A stretch of 64,000 nt of DNA from Macrostomum hystrix (taxonomy: Eukaryota > Animalia > Platyhelminthes): NCBI GenBank assembly GCA_950097015.1, contig CATNEN010000019.1:153929-217928 (forward strand), in the 5' to 3' direction. The translations under genes and the position numbers were made by a program. The notes beneath the pieces were generated by a model. The model had not been told where the DNA came from. It did no database searches and saw nothing but the letters and a program-made list of their open reading frames with translations. Positions 1-8,245 of this stretch are shown piece after piece (the first letter of the stretch is position 1; every line of letters starts with the position of its first letter).

Positions 1-259
1 CAGCTGCTGATCCCGATAGAACAGATGCAGATCCAAGAAACATATTAAGGTAATCGATGACCTTGCACTCTCTATTATAGCGCTTCAGTTTCTTGGTATT
101 ATGATCAATTTGCCGTTCAATATCAGCTCGCATCTTTTGAATCTCCACCAATCTGAATTGCTGCGAGTTACAAGTGAAAGTTGGGTAAAGGGGTTGTTGT
201 GGGCTTGGGTTGTTTGGAGGCGCACTAGGTTCATATAGAGAGTTAATTTTTTCAGACAT
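1..259 (-). CDS. Maverick-type conserved protein with a predicted hydrophobic/membrane segment (partial, runs off the window)
   Basis: Manual translation: MSEKINSLYEPSAPP...QPLYPTF...QFRLVEIQKMRADIERQIDHNTKKLKRYNRECKVIDYLNMFLGSASVLSGSAA. The LYP...FRLxEI...KKxKRY pattern followed by a hydrophobic stretch resembles a common Polinton/adintovirus ORF family (recognised from memory). Confidence 0.65.
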   Translation of the reverse strand, partial: MSEKINSLYEPSAPPNNPSPQQPLYPTFTCNSQQFRLVEIQKMRADIERQIDHNTKKLKRYNRECKVIDYLNMFLGSASVLSGSAA

Positions 260-290
260 TTATTGAACGAAAAAAAATTATATAAATTTT

Positions 291-1019
291 TTATGACCTT
301 TCTCGCAAATCTGTTGCACGCCTTGCCGCCTCCCTTGATGCCTCTTCTGATGGTCCATCAGATACTCTTGCTTCTTCAATGTCAATGTCTGGCAGATTGT
401 GCAGTCTCTCTAGTCGGCCGAGTCTTCTTTTCGTTTTCCCCCAGTCGTTGTATATCCTATTCAAATACTCAGTGTGTCTTGTTACGTTTAGCCCCATGGT
501 TCTTAGTGTTTCCTTTGTTTCATTTGCTAGTCTCTGAAGAGTTGTTATATCTGACTCTGCTGCTGTGAGTCGCGAACTCAATCTATCATGCACAGTGCTT
601 GATCTTAGCATAAAGGCTTCTAAATTTCGAACTTTATTTGAATTTTCTGTTACTCTTTCTTCCACCAAGTTTGCTCGATTATTAATGGCAGTTCTCAGAG
701 TGGCGATGTCTGATCTCAGAGTGGCGATGTCTGATCTCAGAGTGGGTATCGCTGCAACAAGAGTATCCCGATCATGAACAAACTGTACATATAGTATGTC
801 AATCTCTTCCTTCCGTTTTGCTACGCTCAACCGCAGGTCTTCCATGTTTATTTGTCGTTGGTGTGTTGCCCGCTCTAGGGCTTTCAAGCGATCTTTAATG
901 AGTTTGATTTCTGGAACTTTTTCGTCAACATTTATATAACGCCTGTCAAGGTAAGAAACTTGAGCACTAGTGAGTGTGCTTCCGCGATCCAACGATTCAC
1001 CTGCAAAATTAATAGACAT
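291..1019 (-). CDS. Long coiled-coil protein (possible fibre/spike-like virion protein), 242 aa
   Basis: Intact ORF with heptad periodicity and an exact 21-nt (SDIATLR) heptad duplication; located among the virion genes. Function inferred only. Confidence 0.6.
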   Translation of the reverse strand: MSINFAGESLDRGSTLTSAQVSYLDRRYINVDEKVPEIKLIKDRLKALERATHQRQINMEDLRLSVAKRKEEIDILYVQFVHDRDTLVAAIPTLRSDIATLRSDIATLRTAINNRANLVEERVTENSNKVRNLEAFMLRSSTVHDRLSSRLTAAESDITTLQRLANETKETLRTMGLNVTRHTEYLNRIYNDWGKTKRRLGRLERLHNLPDIDIEEARVSDGPSEEASREAARRATDLRERS

Positions 1020-1044
1020 TTTTTAATAGAAATTTTAAATTAAT

Positions 1045-1845
1045 TTAAATTACAGTTCTTTTTTCTTTGTTGATCATCACAAACTGGTAAGGTTGATTCC
1101 ACTTTTCATAGCAAAGATTAACGAATTCCTCCTGTGAAATCTTTCTGTTGGAGTTTTTTGTTGGATTTACAAAATAGGCAGGCGCAATGACCTCATTGTA
1201 AAATCTTTTTAGCCTGTCCTGTGGAATTGTTGGAAACAGGAGGATCAGATTGCAGTTCCCACGAATTGTTTTGTTCGGGAGCTCGAACCAGTTCTGGGCA
1301 ATGTAAATTACGTTACAATTGTTGTGCCGTCCTCTTGTAAAATAGTTTTCTATCTGCTTCTGTGGGCCTGTCATACAATCATCAAAGACAATCAAATGTT
1401 TTCTCCCCTTTTCTAGCTCATCTGGTTGGGGTAGAAGTTTGGTCTTAGGATCAACCTGCGGATCTCCATAGGTGAACACTTTAATGTTCTGCCATTTTTC
1501 ATTGTCTTTGAGGTGCTTTGCAAATTCGGCAGCTACAATTTCTGGGTTACTGGGAAGGCTCTTTTGGTTATTAAAACATTGAATAATGTGTTCTTTGTGC
1601 AGTCTGTTTTGAAGTCCAGAGATCAACATTTTATACTCATCTTGATACAGGGTGGGAGAGTAGATGTGCAGAGTGTCATAGTCGATAAAGCCAGGTCTAA
1701 GAAGCATGTTAAAGACTCTGAATGTTTTGCCTGAACCTGATGAACCAACAACAATGCATCTGAAGTGACCCGGGATTGACTCATGATGAGAAAACTTAAT
1801 CTGATTACGTGTCCAGTGAGGATTGAAGTCGTTTGAAAAGTCCAT
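1045..1845 (-). CDS. A32/FtsK-HerA family DNA packaging ATPase
   Basis: Walker A VVGSSGSGKT, Walker B HLIVFDDCM, arginine motif FTRGRHNNCNVIYIAQ. ATG at 1845 in AAAAAATG context. Confidence 0.92.
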   Translation of the reverse strand: MDFSNDFNPHWTRNQIKFSHHESIPGHFRCIVVGSSGSGKTFRVFNMLLRPGFIDYDTLHIYSPTLYQDEYKMLISGLQNRLHKEHIIQCFNNQKSLPSNPEIVAAEFAKHLKDNEKWQNIKVFTYGDPQVDPKTKLLPQPDELEKGRKHLIVFDDCMTGPQKQIENYFTRGRHNNCNVIYIAQNWFELPNKTIRGNCNLILLFPTIPQDRLKRFYNEVIAPAYFVNPTKNSNRKISQEEFVNLCYEKWNQPYQFVMINKEKRTVI

Positions 1846-1900
1846 TTTTTCTATGATGAAAAATAAATAATAAAAAAAGTAAATCATTTATAAGATGTGT

Positions 1901-2062
1901 CTTTTTGGGACTTAGACGTGTCTATTTGGGACTTAGATGTGTCTATTTGGGACTTAGATGTGTCTATTTGGGACTTAGATGTGTCTATTTGGGACTTAGA
2001 TGTGTCTATTTGGGACTTAGATGTGTCTATTTGGGACTTAGATGTGTCTTTTTAGGACTAGT
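1901..2062. repeat. 21-bp tandem repeat (TTAGATGTGTCTATTTGGGAC), about 7.5 copies
   Basis: Directly visible; intergenic, just upstream of the ATPase start. Confidence 0.95.
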
Positions 2063-2139
2063 CTTGTACCCTTACATGTCTTGTACCCTCGAAAAGCACC
2101 CTTTTTTCATTTTTTCGGCATTTTTTATTAGGGAAGAAA

Positions 2140-3327
2140 TTATTTTTTGTTAAAACGTGAAAGCAGAAGCTCTCTTGCCCGTTTGTCGATATACTTCTTT
2201 TCCATCATTTTGTCCAGGATGTTTACAAATTCTTTTCTATTTTCGTCTTTCATGCCAGTCTTTGCAGCTCCAAGAAGAACGGCCACTCGCTTATAGATGT
2301 CAGAAATTCCTTTTCCAGTGGGGTTTTCAAGAAATGATTGGTCGGTAGAGGACCGGTCAGTGGAGGACTGGTCGGTGGAGGACTGGTCTGAAGGTGAACT
2401 CACTACTGGTCTTTGTTGTGGTGTGAACACTCTTGCTTTGATTTTATCCATTCGATCTGGGGAGAAATTTTCTAGTTGTTGCCAGGCATCCGGGTACTTA
2501 CTCTTATAATTAGCTACTTGAGTCGGACCTGCCTTTTCAAGTTCACTGAGTACGTCTTCGGGTTTCATTGTTTGTTGCTGCTGTGGCGGTTGCTGCTGTG
2601 GCGGTTGCTGCTGTGGCGGTTGCTGTTCTAGATATTTTATGGCATCTTCTTGATCTGGCAAACCAAACCATTGTTTAAAATGCTTGTACTTTTTGAATCT
2701 AGTCAGGATGACACCGTTGTCATGCATTATTTTCAGAACTTGTGGGACCTTTAGTATTTCTATATCTCTAGCAAGAGCAAAACTCACTAGATCTCTATAG
2801 TTCTTTAGCTGCTTGTCCGAAATTTTCTCTTGGTTCTTAGTCATAAAATTCAGTAAGGTTTCTGTGTAAATTATTCTCTTAGTTTCTGAGCCTTTGACAA
2901 CAGAGATATGGTTCTTATTTATGTCGATATAATATTCCACTGGTTCATTAAAAATGTTTTTTCTCCACATGCTTATTCCAAATACATATTTCCCATCATG
3001 TTCTACACGTTCTACTGGTCCAAAAATGTTATCTGTCACTTTTAGTGATTGTGATTGATGCGATTCTGCAGATTGTTGTATCTGCGGTGCTTCTGGAATT
3101 TTGTCCAAAGCCTTTTGCACCTGGGTTTCCTGTATGTCGTCAATAGTTTCTTTGACTTGATCTATATTTTTCTTAGCTTCTCCATACCCGGGTTTATGAA
3201 ACTCTGTGGCTGCTTGGACAAACTCATTGTAGGATTGTTGCTCCTTATTGATTAGCCCGGTAACTCTCTTTTCTGCTTGTGCTAGCTTCTCCAATTCAGA
3301 TATTTGGTGCGCATTTTTTCGCTTCAT
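2140..3327 (-). CDS. Conserved Maverick hypothetical protein, 395 aa
   Basis: Intact ORF. The C-terminal TGKGISDIYKRVAVLLGAAKTG...EFVNILDKMMEKKYI matches the GxG...RLxLLxGxxxAG...ExxxIxDxL pattern typical of a Polinton ORF family. Internal PPQQQ and SSTDQ repeats. Confidence 0.7.
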   Translation of the reverse strand: MKRKNAHQISELEKLAQAEKRVTGLINKEQQSYNEFVQAATEFHKPGYGEAKKNIDQVKETIDDIQETQVQKALDKIPEAPQIQQSAESHQSQSLKVTDNIFGPVERVEHDGKYVFGISMWRKNIFNEPVEYYIDINKNHISVVKGSETKRIIYTETLLNFMTKNQEKISDKQLKNYRDLVSFALARDIEILKVPQVLKIMHDNGVILTRFKKYKHFKQWFGLPDQEDAIKYLEQQPPQQQPPQQQPPQQQQTMKPEDVLSELEKAGPTQVANYKSKYPDAWQQLENFSPDRMDKIKARVFTPQQRPVVSSPSDQSSTDQSSTDRSSTDQSFLENPTGKGISDIYKRVAVLLGAAKTGMKDENRKEFVNILDKMMEKKYIDKRARELLLSRFNKK

Positions 3328-3358
3328 TTTTTATTTTATTTTTTTTAGTTTAAAAAAA

Positions 3359-4645
3359 ATGAACGACCCACTGACACCAGTTTTCTACAAAATTAACAAG
3401 CCTATTTTGAGTGATGATAGCACAATCAAAGCGACTCAAGTAAGAGTTCCCAGTCAGGAAAATCAGAATGAAACTAATCTTGGTCCTGGTCAAACACTGA
3501 CATTCACCTACAATGGATGTTCGTCTCTGGTTAGTGTGCACAGTCTTAAGAGCGGCTTCCATATGACATTTCAATTCAAGACAAAGGGAGGTGCGGATGC
3601 AGCTCATGCTAACGCTGACAAGCATGATGCAGATGTGGCTCTGATTAGTAACTTTTGGGCGTACATGTTCAAGGAGTTTAGCGTATCGAGTGGGAGCACA
3701 GAGTTGGAGCGAATCGCCAACTTTGGAATTGTCTATGACGCTCATTGTTTGATCGAGAATCCAGATTTTATTCAGTTGGGGAGTGGTGCAGGTTTCATTG
3801 TAGATGAAAAAGAAGGAGATATCAATGACAGTGGCTATAAAAAGAGGAAGAAGATATACAACTATGCATTGCAAGGTGCTGATGATGCTGCTAAGAACCC
3901 GCTGTATCGGTCTGTTGATGTATTCGTACCACTGAGATTCATGAGCGGATTCTGTAACACATTTAATCGCCTGACTAGTAATTTCAGCTACACCTTTAAG
4001 ATGACTAGAGATGATCGCAGTAGAGTGTTGTGGACTGGGGCGGACCACACTAGGATGGAAGTGAAGCTAACCGGAATCGAGCTGTATTTGGAAGTCATTG
4101 AGCCAAAGACCGCACTAAAAGCAGATTATCTCAAGGCCATAGAGAAGGACATTGATGTCGCCTACACGGCCTACATGTGTCGAGATGAGCGAAACGAAAC
4201 CAGAACAAACATCTGCATTAAAGAGGGATCATGCAGCAATCCAAGGTATATTATTATTAACATGAGAAACCCAAATAACATTATACGCTACATGCATGGA
4301 GACGTGCGGTCCATTCAGCATGAAATCAGTGATAATCTTTACCCTGCACTGCCACAAAATGGAAATTTCAGTCAGAACAAGATTAGCAAATTTTACAGCG
4401 AGTTGGTCGACTTGGCTGTGAAAGAGAACAATGGAATTGCTATCACTGCTCTTCAATATGGAACTCTTTATCCGATGTTTGGCGCTGATGTGTCTGCCAG
4501 ACAAATGCCTACTGATAACAGCCCTGTGAATATCGTGACTAACATTGAGAGGACTGCCGCAACTGCTGTTGACCTGTACATTATCTATGCGTTCGAGAGG
4601 AAGGTGAAGCTTAACATGATCAACAATTCATCCAGTAAAGTTTAA
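3359..4645 (+). CDS. Major capsid protein (double jelly-roll, Polinton/adintovirus hexon-like), 428 aa
   Basis: Size, beta-rich composition, N-terminal D.STI...RV P...N.TNL...TLTF pattern and C-terminal LYPMFGADVS motif; adjacent to the penton-like ORF and ATPase. ATG at 3359 in AAAAAAATG context. Confidence 0.8.
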   Translation: MNDPLTPVFYKINKPILSDDSTIKATQVRVPSQENQNETNLGPGQTLTFTYNGCSSLVSVHSLKSGFHMTFQFKTKGGADAAHANADKHDADVALISNFWAYMFKEFSVSSGSTELERIANFGIVYDAHCLIENPDFIQLGSGAGFIVDEKEGDINDSGYKKRKKIYNYALQGADDAAKNPLYRSVDVFVPLRFMSGFCNTFNRLTSNFSYTFKMTRDDRSRVLWTGADHTRMEVKLTGIELYLEVIEPKTALKADYLKAIEKDIDVAYTAYMCRDERNETRTNICIKEGSCSNPRYIIINMRNPNNIIRYMHGDVRSIQHEISDNLYPALPQNGNFSQNKISKFYSELVDLAVKENNGIAITALQYGTLYPMFGADVSARQMPTDNSPVNIVTNIERTAATAVDLYIIYAFERKVKLNMINNSSSKV

Positions 4646-4668
4646 ATATTTTTTTTCGGGGCTGAAAA

Positions 4669-5466
4669 ATGGAAGCGATTGCTGAAAGACTAAATAATAT
4701 TATTTCTCACTCTAAGGAGAGCATTCCTGTTACAATAGCTGGGCGAATTAATGACCCAAACGGGATATTTGTTGAAAAATTAGAGCAGGCGATTCGCCTG
4801 GATCCAAGTGCTAATTACCATGTATATCTTAACGACTTCACTGGTTGGTCAAACGTTCCCAATGTGACAGCAGCAAATAATAAGTTTCATTACAAATGGA
4901 GAGGTGCAGCAGCAGAAGCTGTGGTATTCCCTGTGAGCACGCAAAGTGTGGATACCTACAATTACTTTCTAGAAAATATTTTTACTAAAAGAGGTCATTT
5001 TGAAACACCCAATGAGAGCAAGCCAGAGAAGAAACTGTTCCCTGTCAAACTATCCTATGATCTCACTGTAATGAGAGTGGTCATGCAAGTTCACAAAGAT
5101 GCTGAGGTTGAATTTAAAGATGACACATGGTATAGGGAATTGGGATTCGAGAAGAAAGTTTATAAAAACGGTCTGTTCTTAGCACCCAGTATCGCAGATA
5201 TTGTAAAGGGTTTGAATATTCTAATCAGAAGTAATCTCAGTCGTGATTGGGTATTTAAGGGAAAGCGAACGAATATTTTGTACAACATCTCAAACTCTGT
5301 TCCTGGAGGACAGATGCTGGTAGAGAAACCAAATCCAGTGAAAAGAGTTGTGCTAAGTAATAAGGAGATTCACGAGATTGAGCTGCAGTTTGAGACTGAA
5401 GATGGTGTTGGCGTTGATTTCAACGGTGAAGAGTTTGTATTGACGTTGATCATTGAGCGAATGTAA
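4669..5466 (+). CDS. Minor capsid protein (penton-like), 265 aa
   Basis: C-terminal IRSNLSRD...TNILYNI...PG...EKP...IHEIELQFETEDGVGVDFNGEEFVLTLII is characteristic of Polinton pentons; directly downstream of the MCP. Confidence 0.82.
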   Translation: MEAIAERLNNIISHSKESIPVTIAGRINDPNGIFVEKLEQAIRLDPSANYHVYLNDFTGWSNVPNVTAANNKFHYKWRGAAAEAVVFPVSTQSVDTYNYFLENIFTKRGHFETPNESKPEKKLFPVKLSYDLTVMRVVMQVHKDAEVEFKDDTWYRELGFEKKVYKNGLFLAPSIADIVKGLNILIRSNLSRDWVFKGKRTNILYNISNSVPGGQMLVEKPNPVKRVVLSNKEIHEIELQFETEDGVGVDFNGEEFVLTLIIERM

Positions 5467-5698
5467 GCTGCTTAATGATTTCTGCAAAGTTATAGTAGCT
5501 GTCATAGTCCTTTATGGTTACTCCATACTTATGAAACCAGTGTCTTTGGAGAGCTTGATTAATATTAGGGACATTGATATCGACGTTGGGCCAATATTTT
5601 CTCATGTACTCGCTGCATTCTTGTTTGCATCGGTATTTACTCTTGTAATTAGGCTCATGACTTTTGTAATAAGATCCTGGAGAGACGGTTGGGAGCAT
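5450..5698 (-). CDS. Small hypothetical Polinton protein (82 aa)
   Basis: ATG at 5698 has the same AAAAATG context as the other element genes; converges on and overlaps the penton stop. No family recognised. Confidence 0.45.
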   Translation of the reverse strand: MLPTVSPGSYYKSHEPNYKSKYRCKQECSEYMRKYWPNVDINVPNINQALQRHWFHKYGVTIKDYDSYYNFAEIIKQLTFAQ

Positions 5699-5835
5699 TT
5701 TTAATGAGAATAAATTTTTTTTTCGGAGGATGAGCACCCTAGGTTTGGGGTCTTGAGTTTGGGGATTGGGATTTTAGTGCTAATTTGATTGTCTTGGCAC
5801 GCTTTTTGCAGCTTCGCTATTTTGTGCATGATCTC

Positions 5836-6159
5836 TTAGGGAGTGGCTGCGATAATTTTTTTTGTCCAAGTTCACAAACTGTAGAGACAGATTTTTTTGC
5901 GGGGGCTCTTCCTTCGGGAAGAATAAAGGTAATGGTTTGTGCATTAAGGAGGCTGCGATAATTTTTGTCCTAGATATTCAACTCACAAACTGATGTGGAA
6001 TATTAAAAGTAGAGAATTTAGAATATGGAGACGGAGTTTTTTAGAGAGAGGCGGGGACCCTTTTTTTCCTGATCTCTTCGGGAATAATAAAAGTAATGGT
6101 TTGTGGATAATGGAGGCTGCGATTATTTTTGTCCTAGAAGCCCCCTCTTGCATACTACT
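5836..6159. repeat. Putative terminal inverted repeat region of the Polinton with internal subrepeats
   Basis: GGCTGCGATAATTTTT(T)GTCC occurs three times (~5845, ~5951, ~6114); a longer TTCGGGAA..TAAA.GTAATGGTTTGTG block occurs twice. Ends in ACTACT. The partner TIR is outside the window. Confidence 0.6.
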
Positions 6160-6545
6160 CCTCTCCTCTGGCAATGTATATGTACGAGGAGCTCCAATGT
6201 ATATAGTGGAGCGCCATCGTCTAGCCGACCGGCAACCAGGGCTGTCTTCGGTGCGTTGCCGTTTGAGTCACTCACCCACTTGTATCCCTTGCCGTAGCAA
6301 CCAATCTCGGAGCAAGCAAGCACCTCATATTCTGGGATGGTGTGCTCCTGCCCGCCATAGGGAACGTAGGCACCCGGATGGCCCTGTGCTATTTTAGCTG
6401 GCACCCAGTTGCCTTCGAACTTGGCGCGGCCTACGTAGATGCCCGGTGCAGCTTCAACGGCGTTCGGTGGGATTTGTCCGCCTCTAGCTGGTTGCCAGCT
6501 TACGCAGATTTCAACACCCTTGTGAGCATGGTTCACTTTGCTCAT
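6160..6545 (-). pseudogene. DM9-repeat protein gene disrupted by a 25-nt insertion and by the Polinton
   Basis: DM9 motifs SWQPARGGQIPPNAVEA..IYVGRA...WVPAK...AYVPYGGQEH...YEVL and KWV...G..P..A.VAG...DGAPLY. The second repeat is cut at Y-I-A-R-G-E by the AGTAGT terminus. Confidence 0.85.
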
Positions 6546-6974
6546 TGTTTATGCTACAGCTTTCCTAATGCGCGAGACAACTGACTGAGCTTGTACTCGT
6601 AATTTGAGGAGAGGTGACCAAGCAGCAAGCGGCGTCTTCGCTTTGCCTTTTATGCCTGAATTTACACTGGGGTGAGTTTTGGTCGCTAACCAGTTGAGTC
6701 CAGAAATATTGCGAACTCGTCTATATTTAGACTGCCCGTGCTGCTTTTGTTAGAGTATGTTGTCCCAAAGGAATGAAAATTTTGAATGTTTCTTTACTCT
6801 TACTTATATTTTACTAAGTACTACTTCAAAATGTATTTGCATATGACAGTTGTACTTCTAGTTGTATACGAGTATCTTATGGTGTTAGTTGTAGACTGCC
6901 TCACATTTTTTTTTAAAAATCACAATACTCAGAAATCGCACAGGGAAGTTAATTTTACTTGAACATATTCTTCT

Positions 6975-7160
6975 GAGCATAATTGGACTGGTGAATTACT
7001 TTGGAAAGTTTATTCCGAATCTGGCCAATCTGATGCACGCAATTTACTTGCTACTTCGCAAAGTAAAGGATTTTGAATGGCCAGCTGGGTGCGAATCTAT
7101 ATTCAAGCAATTCAAAGGTCAACATACCTCAAGCAAGGTGCTGACTCCCTTTGGCGTCAC
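6975..7160 (+). mobile_element. Ty3/Gypsy RT-thumb/connection fragment (relic)
   Basis: IGLVNYFGKFIPNLANLMHAIYLLLRKVKDFEWPAGCESIFKQFK matches the Gypsy pol GLxNYYxKFIPNxxxxxxPLxxLLRKxxxWxW motif; isolated and decayed. Confidence 0.75.
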
Positions 7161-8245
7161 CTATCGTCCTTGGCGCGTAGTGTGACAACTTCATCGAAGT
7201 CTCATTTCAGAAAGCTGCACTATTCTTTCTGGCATTTTGCAATTCAGTGCCCAAAGGTATCGCCCACATTATACTAGTACAAACGGGCTGCATCCCAAGC
7301 AGCTAATCAATCATTTATCCCATCAGGAAAACAAGCGCTAAATGCCAACACAGCTCACGATTGTGAGCACGCCACAGCCAAGTTAGCGCGGTCAATTCTT
7401 ATAAAACGAAGACGGTGAATCGCCGATGAAAAGAACTTCAAATGTCCTAATTAAAAAGATGCACTGGTGGCAGGAAGTCGTTTACAGCTATTCGCGTTTC
7501 TAGGCACTCGTTCGTATGAAATCAAGTTCAGGTCAACAGTCCGTCATTACAATGCATTTGGTCTGTCAAGGCTGCCAGGGAATGCAGGAGCAGTTTGGTG
7601 CAGATCCGGGATATACTAATGCAGCCTTTAAACTTTCTGTTGCGTACAAAACCGCACAGCATATCGGGCAAGACGCCAGTCGAACCTAATACAAAGTTAA
7701 CCAAGGCTGGAGGGACCATTAGCTGACCCGGCGGTCAAAGCAAAGTAAAAACGGGGCCCCTAGCGCAACCCCAGGGTAAAAGAGAAGGGGCTCAGAATTC
7801 AACGCATGGTTTAGGTGCAACGGGCGCCGGTGCATGACAATAGTTTCATTCTAAACTCTGTAATAACATCATGTATCGTAACGTACACTTTTGTAATGAA
7901 ATTTTTTCTATTGCACAACTGCCTCTAATAGAGATATGATCACTCAACGGATTTGACCGTTCGGGCTAGCTTTGCCACTGCATGTGCGTTGACAAACGCA
8001 GCTAAATATGTTGGCTACAAAAACATCCCTGTTGCACATTTCACGTACATGTACATAAATAGCTGCGCAAGGGATAAATGGGAAGGCCCCCTTCGCCAGG
8101 CAAAAAATTGCCAATCAACGTTGCCCAGCGACTGTTGCTCGATGACGCGGTGGTGTTTGCGCAGCTTGCAGTTTTTTATACAAGTATTTGACAAGGATCC
8201 TAGATAGAAAAAAAATATTTAAGCTTCTACTTTTCTTATCTTCGA

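Larger units (their letters stand above)
1..6159. mobile_element. Polinton/Maverick (adintovirus-like) element, right end; continues beyond the window start
   Basis: Cluster of intronless ORFs with an AAAAATG start context: A32/FtsK-like ATPase, major capsid, minor capsid. Ends in ...GCATACTACT (ACTACT at 6154-6159, the reverse complement of the AGTAGT Maverick terminus) exactly where the DM9 reading frame breaks off. Confidence 0.88.

Noticed and set aside
5453-5704. Hydrophobic plus-strand ORF after the penton
   Set aside because: Non-ATG start without the element's AAAAATG context; the antisense ORF 5698-5450 fits better. Not fully excluded.
7690-7830. GC-rich structured-looking stretch (possible retroelement 5' end or ribozyme)
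   Set aside because: No hammerhead or HDV core could be identified by eye; needs an Infernal search.
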